Below are positions 9,860 to 19,497 of a stretch of 53,340 nucleotides of DNA, one piece after another. The DNA is from a bacterium. GTDB taxonomy: Bacteria > Fidelibacterota > UBA2242 > JAFGTP01. Every line of letters starts with the position of its first letter. Position 1 is the first letter of the stretch. The notes beneath the pieces were generated by a model. It saw nothing but the letters and a program-made list of their open reading frames with translations. It was not told where the DNA came from and did no database searches. Location: NCBI GenBank assembly GCA_035312185.1, contig DATGCI010000255.1:1-53340 (forward strand). The letters are read 5' to 3'. A program made the position numbers and the translations under genes.

Positions 9860-10960
9860 TTATCTATCGATTTCAGGGGCAACAACATATAAACTCATCA
9901 TAATATTTCCAACATCAGCAATATCTTCCCCTACCAATAAATTTTCTAAAATTGTTAGACCATGGGAGTATGAAGGCGTACGAAAGTGAACTCTATAGGG
10001 CTTTTTACCACCACCACTAACAATATAAAGTCCTAGTTCACCGCGCGAGGATTCACACCTTACATAGGCCTCGCCTTCCGGTATTTTCCATTTAAAAGGA
10101 TTTGGAGTTTTTGTGTAAACCGGACCCTTTTTAGGCATTTTATTAATTAGTTTAAAGATCATGTGCACGCTTTCAATCATTTCATCGTGAATGGTTAATA
10201 ATCGTGAATAAGCATCCCCGCCTTTTCTGGTTGGCACATACCATTCTACTTGATCGTAAGCTGCATAAGGTTCAATTTTTCTTATGTCATATTTCATCCC
10301 GGTGGCTCTAATTGCATGGCCGACTGCCCCCATTTTTTGGGCATTTTCTCGGTCTAATTTTCCAATACCTTTTGTCCGTTTTTTAAAAAGCCTATTTTCA
10401 AAAAATGTAGAATTGTAATCCGGTATTTTTCCACCAATTGTGTGGAGTGTTTCAATGATTTTATCTTCGAAACCATTAGGAAAATCACGTCTTACTCCAC
10501 CAGGCCGAATATAAATATGGTAAACCCTGGCTCCTGTCAGTTCTTCAAATAAATCCAGAATTAAGTCTCTATGATACATTGCCCAATTAGCAACTGTATC
10601 AAACCCGAGCATATTTGAATAGGCCCATAGACCAAATAGATGAGAGGCTACTCTGGCAAGCTCAAGGTAAATGCTTCTTATATATTTTCCTCTTTCAGGA
10701 ACATCTATTGCCGCTAATTTTTCTACCCCCATAGAATAAATTAATTCTATATGATCTGGTTCTACTACGTTTATGCGACATACTAGAGGAAAATTTTGCA
10801 TCCAGGTTCGACATTCCATAAGTTTTTCAAAACCACGATGCAAATAGCCGGGATTAGCAGTAGCTTTTTTAATTCGGTCGCCCTCCACATTTAAGGTAAT
10901 GCTGAAGTTTCCAACCATGCCGAGATGCTGCGGCCCATAATATAGTTCTAGTTCTCGCAT
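9860..10960 (-). CDS. NuoD/MbxL-like subunit (homologous to group-4 hydrogenase large subunits but without NiFe cysteine ligands)
   Basis: GPQH...GYLHRGFEKLME...ARVASHL...GGVRRD...ESSRGELGLY...EIDR matches the NuoD/MbhL architecture; no CxxC motif at either end. Confidence 0.85.
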   Translation of the reverse strand: MRELELYYGPQHLGMVGNFSITLNVEGDRIKKATANPGYLHRGFEKLMECRTWMQNFPLVCRINVVEPDHIELIYSMGVEKLAAIDVPERGKYIRSIYLELARVASHLFGLWAYSNMLGFDTVANWAMYHRDLILDLFEELTGARVYHIYIRPGGVRRDFPNGFEDKIIETLHTIGGKIPDYNSTFFENRLFKKRTKGIGKLDRENAQKMGAVGHAIRATGMKYDIRKIEPYAAYDQVEWYVPTRKGGDAYSRLLTIHDEMIESVHMIFKLINKMPKKGPVYTKTPNPFKWKIPEGEAYVRCESSRGELGLYIVSGGGKKPYRVHFRTPSYSHGLTILENLLVGEDIADVGNIMMSLYVVAPEIDR

Positions 10961-11051
10961 TTCCTTCCTTTTTAATTATCTAAGTCACTATTGAGGTTGA
11001 AATAATGTTTCATTTACAATTATTTATTTTTTCATATTTTTTATTCTATTG

Positions 11052-11558
11052 TTAATGATCTTCTATCTCCGGGATATTACAAAACATATCATCCACAAAT
11101 TTTCTGGTATCGAAATTTTTTCTAAATGGAGGTATTTCATATTCTATTTCTAAAAAGAGGGGCTTTAGACGAGGATGGCCCTGGAAATGTATTCCAAAAA
11201 GTTCATAAATTTCGCGTTCATAGGGCTCGGCGTTTTCAAATATATTGATAACTGTCATAAACCTAGCTTTCTCTCGGGAGATTCTTGTTTTTATTATGAT
11301 ATTTTGTTTTTCTCTATGATGAAATTCATCATCTCTTTTCATGTAAGCAGAGACAATATAGACTAGTTCAAATTTATTCTCATTAATAAGATCCACACAT
11401 GAGATTAGGGCTAAATGTTCATATCCGGCATTTTTTAGGTAACTCAAAATGGAAATTACTCCATCTTTTGAGATGTTAATTATCATTCGATTCTCTTCCG
11501 GAATATTTATATCTATACTGTCAAATGCCATTTTAATCTTTTGTTTTAAATCATTCAT
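11052..11558 (-). CDS. NuoC/MbxK-like subunit
   Basis: 168 aa; ERE(I/V)YE-(L/M)FG-type motif (EREIYELFGIHFQGHP); position between NuoB-like and NuoD-like genes. Confidence 0.7.
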   Translation of the reverse strand: MNDLKQKIKMAFDSIDINIPEENRMIINISKDGVISILSYLKNAGYEHLALISCVDLINENKFELVYIVSAYMKRDDEFHHREKQNIIIKTRISREKARFMTVINIFENAEPYEREIYELFGIHFQGHPRLKPLFLEIEYEIPPFRKNFDTRKFVDDMFCNIPEIEDH

Positions 11559-11568
11559 TAAATTTTCC

Positions 11569-12111
11569 TCATTTGAATAATGGGGGCCAGTCTAATGAAC
11601 CCAGAATTTTCTCCTGATTAGCTCGATACTGGTCATAATTATTCCGATACTTTTTGTATCCATTGGCCATATCATTATCAATCATTTTCCAGAGATGGGT
11701 AACGGCTATAAATATAGCTTCCGGACGGGGCATACATCCTGCAATCCAGCCATCTACTGGTATGTATTTGTCGAGATGTTTAATTGTATTGTAGGAATCC
11801 CAGTACATACCACCGTTGATAGGGCAGGACCCAAAACCAACGGTATATTTAGGCTCCGGCATTTGTTCATAGGTCCTGATAATAGCTTTTAATGTCTTGA
11901 GAGATACGTATCCTGTTATCAAGAACAGATTGGCTTGTCTGGGTGTTGCTGCAGGAGTTACTCCAAAACGCTCTGCATCCCATCGGGTAGTAATTGTTGG
12001 TGGAATTTCAATGATACCGCAACCAGTGCAAAAATAGACAGCATGAAGGGAGTATTTATTTCCCATCTTTGCTGGAGTTTTTATCCATTTTATAAGTTTA
12101 TTTCTATCCAT
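11569..12111 (-). CDS. NuoB/MbxJ-like [4Fe-4S] subunit
   Basis: FCTGCGIIE, GSCPINGG and GCMPRPE supply the four Cys of an N2-type cluster. Confidence 0.85.
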   Translation of the reverse strand: MDRNKLIKWIKTPAKMGNKYSLHAVYFCTGCGIIEIPPTITTRWDAERFGVTPAATPRQANLFLITGYVSLKTLKAIIRTYEQMPEPKYTVGFGSCPINGGMYWDSYNTIKHLDKYIPVDGWIAGCMPRPEAIFIAVTHLWKMIDNDMANGYKKYRNNYDQYRANQEKILGSLDWPPLFK

Positions 12112-12127
12112 TAAAATTCTCTCTTCT

Positions 12128-13027
12128 TTATATTAAAACTGTTACAACCAGGCCCAAAAAAGCCAGAAAAGCAGGAATACCAAATAAATATTTTATTGCT
12201 TGTTCTGTTCTTAAACGGGGAAATACTGCATTAATAAAAACTCCTAATATAAATACTAACAAAACTTTAAGGAAAAAAAATGCTAAATTATTTGCTCCGC
12301 CTAAAAATAGGTTTACAAAAAGAGAAATACCAATTACAATAGCAAAAGCATGCTCAATCTTGGCAAGAGCAAGATATGTTCCTCCGTATTCTACCATTGG
12401 TCCTGATGAAATTTCTTGTGGGGCTTTAGAAATTTCAAAAGGCCGAACACCTAAAATTGCCGGAAGTATCAAGATATAAGCAATTCCAGGCAAGACTAAG
12501 GGCAACCTGAACAATGACCAGCTTCCCTTTTGTTGCAAAGCAACAATTTCTGTAATCGATATGGTTCTATAATGAGTCATCAAAGCTAAAAGAATTAGCA
12601 ATAGGGAAAATTCATATCCAAGGGTTAACAGCAATTTTCTGGATATTCCAATACTGCTGTTAGGATTGGCTGCTTCACCACTACTTAATGCTATTCCTAG
12701 AGGTGCTAATAGCATTATATATAAAATTACAAGTAAACCTCCAGAGTTACTCAAAGGATGGATTCGGCCAAAAGGAATAAACAAAACAACTGCAATAGAA
12801 CCTGCAATAGAAAAGATTATCCCAAAATTGAACAGGTGGCCATGACTTACACTTTTCTGGCTGAACATTCTAATTATGTCAATGACCGGCTGGGTAATAG
12901 GAGGTCCATACCGCCAGTGGATCCGTGCCATTATTTTTCTCGATAATCCTAAAAAGAAAACACCAACAATAAGAGCTAGAAGAGGAGATAATATGATTTC
13001 AAATATATGCATTACCACAAACTCCAT
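12128..13027 (-). CDS. NuoH/MbxM-like membrane subunit
   Basis: 299-aa polytopic protein with a WRYGPP..QP..D motif typical of NuoH/HycD-like subunits. Confidence 0.8.
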   Translation of the reverse strand: MEFVVMHIFEIILSPLLALIVGVFFLGLSRKIMARIHWRYGPPITQPVIDIIRMFSQKSVSHGHLFNFGIIFSIAGSIAVVLFIPFGRIHPLSNSGGLLVILYIMLLAPLGIALSSGEAANPNSSIGISRKLLLTLGYEFSLLLILLALMTHYRTISITEIVALQQKGSWSLFRLPLVLPGIAYILILPAILGVRPFEISKAPQEISSGPMVEYGGTYLALAKIEHAFAIVIGISLFVNLFLGGANNLAFFFLKVLLVFILGVFINAVFPRLRTEQAIKYLFGIPAFLAFLGLVVTVLI

Positions 13028-14850
13028 TTTAATTGTACAAATATTAAGATTGCCAGGAATAGGATGATATACATTACATAATTACCTACATAGCCATTGT
13101 ATATTTTTCGCAGTTTACTCGATATTTTCTTTATCCAATCTGCCAAAAGCGTATAGAATATATCGACAATATCTTTTAAATAAGGCCTTATCACTCTGTA
13201 TAAGGGCTTATAAAACTCGACTGTATAATGATATCTACCCCGGGGCACTGATGTACCAGCAGCATAGGTATCATCCTGATTTACAGATTTGGCTTTTGAA
13301 CCCAATTTTGACAATAGCCATACCAGAAGAATTCCTGCTGAAATAGCAGTAAAAATATTAATTGTATTCAATGCACCAGTTGATGAAGCCAAACCCCATA
13401 AGTTTATATTCAAAGATTCTAATCCAAAAGAGATAATAATTGAATTTATTGCTTTTAATGGGAGACCAGGAAAAATACCCAAAATGATTACAGCTAGGGA
13501 TAAAATTATCATTGGCAATTGCATAGAAAAGGGGGCCCTGCCAATTGATTTGAATTTTTCAGGAGTCTGACCTAGAAAAATATTGTGAATTAACTTAAAG
13601 CTATACAAAATAGTTCCCCAGGTTCCAAATAATGCAAAAAAAGCCAGAAAAGGTGATTTATTAAGTATTAAGGATTTATAGATAAACCACTTTGAAACAA
13701 AACCATTTGTCAATGGAACACCGATTAAACCACATGCTCCAACTAAAGCGGCAACGAATGTAATAGGCATTTGTTTGATCAGCCCACCTAAAGAATTTAA
13801 ATCCCGGACTCCATCTGTTCGGTATTCTACTGCTCCTATAGCCAGAAATAAAAGGGCTTTAAATGTAGCATGATTAATGAAATGAAATATTCCACCTGTT
13901 AAACTCAAACTTGTACCAAAAGCAATTCCAAGGATAATATATCCTGCCTGAGCTACAGTTGACCAGGCTAATAATTTTTTAGCATCCTCCTGGATTAGAG
14001 CTACAAAAGTGGAAAAGATAATTGTTACAGTAGCAAGAATATTTATAACTATTGTAAAGCCTGGCAGGGATAATAATTTTTGCACTCCAACTATAACATA
14101 AAGCAGCAGAAGAAATCCATAAGTCCCCATTTTTATCAGTATCCCGGATAGAATGGCACTGAAAGGAGAAGGCGCCTCAGAATGAGCAGGGGGTAGCCAG
14201 GCATGGAAAGGTAATATAGCGTTTTTTACACCAAAGGCTACGGAGAAAAGTATCATTATAAAAATAGTGTTATACAGTGATAAATTAATATTACCTGCTA
14301 ACTGTGATATAATTAGGGTTCCCTGAGTATTTAATATGAATAGAATTCCAATAAGCATAGCCATGGATCCGAAAATGGACATTATGATATATTTTATACC
14401 GGCAGCTAGAGAAGGACCACGTTTATAACTAATTAGTAGGAAAGTGGCCCAGCTCATCATTTCCCAAAAAATAAAGAAACTTACTAAATCTCCTGATAAT
14501 ACTATACCGATCATTGCGGCATTAATAAAAAGAATCATAAAATAATAGAAATCTACTTTTTCTTTTCCCTTCATATAACTCAAAGAGAAAATAACAGAAA
14601 GTGAACTAAGAATGGAAATTGCAATCGCAAAAATCCAGGCTAGATTGTTGATTCTTAGAGTAAGTCGAAGTCCTAAAAATTCAAAAAGAGGGGTTTCAAT
14701 ATTTTTACCGAATAATAAAGCTATCATAGGAATCAGGGCTGTAGAAAAAACAACTGCTAAAGTTTTGCGAAGCTTGCTTGAAACTTTGCCTGCCAGGTAG
14801 GTAATTATTGCACCACTAAAAGCAACTATAAGTATTAGCGCCAAACTCAT
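13012..14850 (-). CDS. MrpA/NuoL/MbxH'-like antiporter-type subunit
   Basis: 612-aa polytopic protein; HAWLPPAHSEAPSPFSAILSG proton-pump-subunit motif. Confidence 0.85.
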   Translation of the reverse strand: MSLALILIVAFSGAIITYLAGKVSSKLRKTLAVVFSTALIPMIALLFGKNIETPLFEFLGLRLTLRINNLAWIFAIAISILSSLSVIFSLSYMKGKEKVDFYYFMILFINAAMIGIVLSGDLVSFFIFWEMMSWATFLLISYKRGPSLAAGIKYIIMSIFGSMAMLIGILFILNTQGTLIISQLAGNINLSLYNTIFIMILFSVAFGVKNAILPFHAWLPPAHSEAPSPFSAILSGILIKMGTYGFLLLLYVIVGVQKLLSLPGFTIVINILATVTIIFSTFVALIQEDAKKLLAWSTVAQAGYIILGIAFGTSLSLTGGIFHFINHATFKALLFLAIGAVEYRTDGVRDLNSLGGLIKQMPITFVAALVGACGLIGVPLTNGFVSKWFIYKSLILNKSPFLAFFALFGTWGTILYSFKLIHNIFLGQTPEKFKSIGRAPFSMQLPMIILSLAVIILGIFPGLPLKAINSIIISFGLESLNINLWGLASSTGALNTINIFTAISAGILLVWLLSKLGSKAKSVNQDDTYAAGTSVPRGRYHYTVEFYKPLYRVIRPYLKDIVDIFYTLLADWIKKISSKLRKIYNGYVGNYVMYIILFLAILIFVQLKWSLW

Positions 14851-15119
14851 CCCAGTACGCTCCTTATATAATCTATTTGATCTATAAGCTCTGAACTAGC
14901 CGGACGTAAAATTCCGTTTATAAAATCTGGATATATTCCGATAAATATTATAATTGAAGCAAAAATTATCATTGGTATTAATCCTGCAGCTGGTGCTTCT
15001 GCTTTTTTAATATCAGGGTTGCCATCTTTGAAATATACTACTTGAATCACACGGAAAAAATAGGCGCCTTCAATTACAGTTCCGAGCAAAACAAGCCCAA
15101 TTAATATTATGTTCAACAT
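14847..15119 (-). CDS. C-terminal two-to-three-TM segment of the MrpD/NuoN-like subunit, expressed as a separate ORF or split fragment
   Basis: ATG directly follows the in-frame TAA of the 403-aa ORF; 403 + 90 aa equals typical MrpD length; hydrophobic. Confidence 0.5.
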   Translation of the reverse strand: MLNIILIGLVLLGTVIEGAYFFRVIQVVYFKDGNPDIKKAEAPAAGLIPMIIFASIIIFIGIYPDFINGILRPASSELIDQIDYIRSVLG

Positions 15120-16331
15120 TTATCCAGTAGTCAGGGCAGCCTTAACAATCGTAAATTTGCTTACAAAACCCACAAATGGTGGGAGGCCTACCATAGAAAA
15201 AACTCCGATAGTAAATAGAAGTGTGGTAACCGGCATCTTCTCGCCAATACCTTCGAAAGAATCAATTTCCATAGAACCAGTTCTATAGATCATAAAGCCT
15301 GTTGCCAGAAATAATAATGCTTTCCCTAGCGTATGACTTATCATTTGAAATAATCCACCGGTAATTCCAGATGATGAGGCTATTGAAAAAGCAAAAACAA
15401 TAAGACCAATCTGTCCAATACTGGAATAAGCCAGCATTCGTTTTATATTATTTTGACCAAAAGCACACAGTTCTCCAATTAAAAGTGTAACAACTCCCAG
15501 AGAAAGAAAAAATATGAAAAAGTTGGATACATTGAATATAGTAAACAGAAATCGAATAATGGCATATAAACCTACTTCAATGGCAATGCCAGAAAGAATT
15601 GCACTAATAGAAGAAGGAGCGGAGGAATGGGCGTCTGGTAGCCAGGCATTCAGAGGAAAGATAGCGGCTTCAATCTCTAATCCCGTAATAATTAGAGCCA
15701 TTGGTACTAATATAGATTTTGTTTCTACTGATTGAATTTGTCGGGCAAGATCGGCCATATTCAGACTGCCAAACTGGCCATAGAGCAGTCCAATTCCTAT
15801 CAGTAGAAGGCTTGAACCGATGGAGCCTTGAATCAAATATTTTATAGCGGATTCAATTCCTGCTTTATCTCCGAAATAGGCTACCAGAGCATAGGATGAA
15901 ATACAAAGAATCTCAAAAAATACAAAAAGATTGAATATGTCTCCAGTGAGGACAACTCCGGTTGCTCCGGTCAATAACAGCATATAAAGAATGTAATATT
16001 TCTGATGAGCACCCTCCTTGATATATTTTAGAGAGTAAATAGATACTAAAAGACCTGCTAAAGATATTAAAATGGAAAATAATATTCCAACTGGACCAGC
16101 AAAAAGGTTAATGCAAAAGGGCGGAGCGAACCCTCCAATTTTTATAATAATAGATGCATCTAAAATCCGGGGGACTAATGATACAGAAAGAATAAGATTA
16201 AAAAGGAATCCAATCACAGGCATCCATTTAACTATCTTATTTGAGAGTAATCCCAGGAGTGGTATAAAAAATGCTATGCCTAGTGGTACAGAAATTAATA
16301 AAACAGGATTTAAGTAAGTTATCTCATTCAT
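15120..16331 (-). CDS. MrpD/NuoN/MbxH-like antiporter-type subunit (lacks the usual C-terminal approx. 90 aa)
   Basis: NAWLPDAHSSAPSSISAILSG motif; polytopic; 403 aa. Confidence 0.85.
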   Translation of the reverse strand: MNEITYLNPVLLISVPLGIAFFIPLLGLLSNKIVKWMPVIGFLFNLILSVSLVPRILDASIIIKIGGFAPPFCINLFAGPVGILFSILISLAGLLVSIYSLKYIKEGAHQKYYILYMLLLTGATGVVLTGDIFNLFVFFEILCISSYALVAYFGDKAGIESAIKYLIQGSIGSSLLLIGIGLLYGQFGSLNMADLARQIQSVETKSILVPMALIITGLEIEAAIFPLNAWLPDAHSSAPSSISAILSGIAIEVGLYAIIRFLFTIFNVSNFFIFFLSLGVVTLLIGELCAFGQNNIKRMLAYSSIGQIGLIVFAFSIASSSGITGGLFQMISHTLGKALLFLATGFMIYRTGSMEIDSFEGIGEKMPVTTLLFTIGVFSMVGLPPFVGFVSKFTIVKAALTTG

Positions 16332-16360
16332 ATAATTTTATCCTATTAAAAGTAAAATCA

Positions 16361-16723
16361 TTAGTATTTTTGCTCTCTTATTTTTTTCAAATTAAGTGTT
16401 CCGTAATGATGGAAAAGTCTGATTGCTAGGGACAGGGCCAGGGCGAGAACAGCCAATCCTATTACAATAGCTGTTAATACAAGGGCCTGAGGAACTGGAT
16501 CAACCATATTTTTGGCTTTTAATCCGATCTTTGAGAATATTGGTGCTGTGCCTTCACTAATATATCCGAGCGAAATGAGGAATATATTAACTCCGGTTTC
16601 AAGGATACTTAAACCTATTATAACTTTTATTAGATTCTTTTTTGAAAGAATAATGAATAGACCTATAAATATGAGACCAAAAGCACCAATGTAATATATA
16701 TAACTGTTTAAAAAGTCAATCAT
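16361..16723 (-). CDS. MrpC/NuoK-like subunit
   Basis: 120 aa, three TM segments, LIKVIIGLSILETGVNIFLISLGY. Confidence 0.75.
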   Translation of the reverse strand: MIDFLNSYIYYIGAFGLIFIGLFIILSKKNLIKVIIGLSILETGVNIFLISLGYISEGTAPIFSKIGLKAKNMVDPVPQALVLTAIVIGLAVLALALSLAIRLFHHYGTLNLKKIREQKY

Positions 16724-17406
16724 CTAGTCTCCTCCATCAGATGATCTATAATTATGGTCAATTCTGAGCCTACTTTGAATCCAATTGCAATATAAATAAT
16801 GGGAATTATCCCTGCACTAAAGAGATTGTTTAATTGGCCTTTGGGAAGAAAATTGGATAAAAAGAAGTGGCCTCCAACTGCAAGACCTACTAGACCGAGA
16901 ATTAAAAAAGTCAGGCCACTCAGAGATTCTGCTAAAGTACTACCACTCTCACTGACTCTCTTACCGTGGCAGCCAAGATAGGCCAATAAAAAAGCCGATG
17001 CAATCACAGCACCACCCTGAAATCCTCCACCAGGGGAAAGATGACCATGGATAAAAATATAGGCACCGAAAATTAGGATAAGGGGAAATAAAAATCGACA
17101 TCCAGTGGAAAGAATGAGACTCGCTTCTTCTACTTTGGCTTTATTTTTATTTTGGAATGTGGCCAATACCGCTCCTAATCCAATTGCAGCCAGGAAAAGC
17201 ACTGTAACTTCTCCAAGTGTATCAAAACTTCTATATTGAACAACAACAGAGGTAACAATATTTGAAGCCCCTGTCTGTTTTCTACCCTTTGCATTGTAAT
17301 ATTTACCAACTTTGGATTTATTTTCTCCAAAATGAATGTTCTGTAAAGATGTGAAAATACCCCATGCAATAATTAGTAATAAGATTATTCCAATAATCTT
17401 TCTCAC
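16720..17406 (-). CDS. MrpB (MnhB)-domain subunit
   Basis: NIVTSVVVQYRSFDTLGEVTVLF motif typical of MnhB; polytopic. Confidence 0.75.
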   Translation of the reverse strand: MRKIIGIILLLIIAWGIFTSLQNIHFGENKSKVGKYYNAKGRKQTGASNIVTSVVVQYRSFDTLGEVTVLFLAAIGLGAVLATFQNKNKAKVEEASLILSTGCRFLFPLILIFGAYIFIHGHLSPGGGFQGGAVIASAFLLAYLGCHGKRVSESGSTLAESLSGLTFLILGLVGLAVGGHFFLSNFLPKGQLNNLFSAGIIPIIYIAIGFKVGSELTIIIDHLMEETR

Positions 17407-17642
17407 TCTTCGTACCTCTTTGTTCGCTTAATGGCGATGATAAATACTGCAGTAACTAGGGCCGCTCCTATCGAAGCTTCGGCCATGGCTACATCAGGAG
17501 CTTGTAGAAAATAGAATAAAACTGAGGCCGACAAACTAACAAGACAGGAAGCTATGACCGCACTTATCAAGTCTTTAAAAATTAAAGCTGCTACTGCCGA
17601 GACCAACATAAGTATGACCAATAGTGAAACTATAATAATCAT
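17403..17642 (-). CDS. DUF4040/MbhD-like small membrane subunit
   Basis: 79 aa; LQAPDVAMAEASIGAAL motif; 4-nt overlaps with both neighbours. Confidence 0.65.
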   Translation of the reverse strand: MIIIVSLLVILMLVSAVAALIFKDLISAVIASCLVSLSASVLFYFLQAPDVAMAEASIGAALVTAVFIIAIKRTKRYEE

Positions 17643-17971
17643 TTTGTCTCCTCGTATCCATCAAAATATTTTGTTTTGTCAACAATGCTTTGATCCCATA
17701 GTTCAACACCGATTTTTTTAGATGCTCTGGCAATTGCGTGACTGGAAATAGGATTTGTAATTAGTACAAAAAGGGCAATAAGTAAACATTTCCAAAACCA
17801 GCCCGGTTGCATTATGCCAACTCCAATAATTGTAAAAAAAGTCCCAAACGTTGTACACTTCGTTCCGGCTTGAATTCTATTATATACATCAGGTAGTCTT
17901 AGAACACCAAAATTTCCTAACATTAAAAATAAAACGCCGATGCCTGTCACAATTGTGCCGAATAATTCCAT
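17639..17971 (-). CDS. MrpG (MnhG)-like subunit
   Basis: GNFGVLRLPDVYNRIQAGTKCTTFG motif. Confidence 0.8.
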   Translation of the reverse strand: MELFGTIVTGIGVLFLMLGNFGVLRLPDVYNRIQAGTKCTTFGTFFTIIGVGIMQPGWFWKCLLIALFVLITNPISSHAIARASKKIGVELWDQSIVDKTKYFDGYEETK

Positions 17972-18232
17972 TTAAATCCCCTTTTCCATATATCTTGCCA
18001 GAGCAACTAGCCCTACAAAGGCAAGTAAGGAATAAACTAAAGATACATCTAGATAAACATACCTTTTAAAAACAAAACCTAACAGAACTAGTAAGGCAAC
18101 AGCTGTAGTAGTTATTGTGTCCATTGCTACCGCTCTGTCTGAGGCAGTAGGCCCTATCATCAATCGGATAGTACTGAATATGAATCCTAACCCGATAAGA
18201 GACAAAAACACTAAAATAATTGTACTATTCAT
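17972..18232 (-). CDS. MrpF (MnhF)-like subunit
   Basis: IRLMIGPTASDRAVAMDTITT motif; 86 aa. Confidence 0.8.
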   Translation of the reverse strand: MNSTIILVFLSLIGLGFIFSTIRLMIGPTASDRAVAMDTITTTAVALLVLLGFVFKRYVYLDVSLVYSLLAFVGLVALARYMEKGI

Positions 18233-18744
18233 GAAAAGATCACCTTTAAATATTTTTCAAATTTTGCCCCGATCATTTTACTAGAATTATCTACATCTTG
18301 ATAACGAACATTTATCCAATGGATAAGCATTTTATCACCTTTTATATCCAGGGTAAAGGTTCCAGGCGTGAGGGTTATTGAATTTGCCAGGATTAATTTG
18401 GCGATATCCTGTTTTAAGGAGGTCTTAATTACTACAATACCAGGTTTTATAGGCATTTTGGGATGAAGGACTCTATAGGCGACATCAAAGTTGGCTTTAG
18501 TAATTTCTACTAAAAGCACAAAAATATATGCTATAAAGAATATAATGCGTTTTACGCTTAAAGGGGGTAAGCCTAAATACTCGTATCTTTTACTTAAAAA
18601 TATTGACAGAATAAGACTAATCAAAATACCTATTGAGAGCTCCTGCCAGTGAAAAGTGCCTGTAAGAATAAGCCAGATAATTACTAGTATAACGAAAAGA
18701 TATAAGAAATTCCTGAGTTGATATTTATTATTCTGCTTCCGCAT
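18229..18744 (-). CDS. MrpE (MnhE)-like subunit
   Basis: 171 aa; two N-terminal TM segments followed by a soluble domain; first gene of the mrp-like block. Confidence 0.7.
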   Translation of the reverse strand: MRKQNNKYQLRNFLYLFVILVIIWLILTGTFHWQELSIGILISLILSIFLSKRYEYLGLPPLSVKRIIFFIAYIFVLLVEITKANFDVAYRVLHPKMPIKPGIVVIKTSLKQDIAKLILANSITLTPGTFTLDIKGDKMLIHWINVRYQDVDNSSKMIGAKFEKYLKVIFS

Positions 18745-18817
18745 TTACCTCCTCCTTATGCTTTCACAATTAATTCAACTCCTTTGGTAAAAAATTTATT
18801 CTTCATTTAAAGATATT

Positions 18818-19441
18818 TCACTTTTTATAGGAATAATAAGCCAATTTTGATAATTCTGTACTAAGATCTATACATGTTACTTCGATATTCTCGGGCATTA
18901 CTATTTGGCAGGGAGCAAAAGACAAGATCGCTTTTATCCCCGCATCTTTCATTTGTTGGGCTACATTATGGGCTGCTTCTTCCGGTACAGTCAAAACTCC
19001 CATCTTAATATCTTCTTCTATTATTCTTTTTTTCATGAGGTCAATATTTTCAATTGTAACGCTATGGATTTTTTTACCAATTTTTTGCAAATCATTGTCA
19101 AAGGCCATAACAATTTTAAAACCTTCGGAATCAAAACCACGATAAGATAATAATGCCTTGCCAATATTCCCAACTCCTGCCAGAGCAACTTCAGAAGGTG
19201 GCTCGAGTTGTAGAATATCTTTGACTTCGTCAATTAGATTTTCTACATCGTATCCAACACCTTTAGTACCAAAGTCTCCAAAGTAGGAGAAGTCTTTCCG
19301 TATAATAGCAGGATTAACGTTGCATAATTTTGATAAATTGTAGGAGGAAACGTATTTTTTGCCGATTTTAGATAAACAAAGTAAAGATCTAAAATAGGTG
19401 AATAAGCGACTTATTGTTTCTTTGGGGATTTTGTTTTTCAT
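18818..19441 (-). CDS. rex: Redox-sensing transcriptional repressor Rex
   Basis: N-terminal winged helix (IPKETISRLFTYFRSL); Rossmann motif LAGVGNIGKAL; 207 aa. Confidence 0.85.
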   Translation of the reverse strand: MKNKIPKETISRLFTYFRSLLCLSKIGKKYVSSYNLSKLCNVNPAIIRKDFSYFGDFGTKGVGYDVENLIDEVKDILQLEPPSEVALAGVGNIGKALLSYRGFDSEGFKIVMAFDNDLQKIGKKIHSVTIENIDLMKKRIIEEDIKMGVLTVPEEAAHNVAQQMKDAGIKAILSFAPCQIVMPENIEVTCIDLSTELSKLAYYSYKK

Positions 19442-19469
19442 GATCTCAATTAGTGTTAAAATTATGTGA

Positions 19470-19487
19470 TTGTGAATATAATCACAA
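19470..19487. promoter_or_regulatory. Rex operator (TTGTGAATATAATCACAA) embedded in the 36-bp palindrome 19461..19496
   Basis: 17/18 match to the TTGTGAA-N4-TTCACAA consensus; 29 bp upstream of the rex start; flanked by extended perfect 15-bp arms ATTATGTGATTGTGA / TCACAATCACATAAT. Confidence 0.65.
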
Positions 19488-19497
19488 TCACATAATC

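Noticed and set aside
9860-10960. Calling the complex a membrane-bound [NiFe] hydrogenase (Mbh/Ech)
   Set aside because: Both CxxC metal-binding motifs of the large subunit are absent. No hyp maturation or endopeptidase genes are present in the window.
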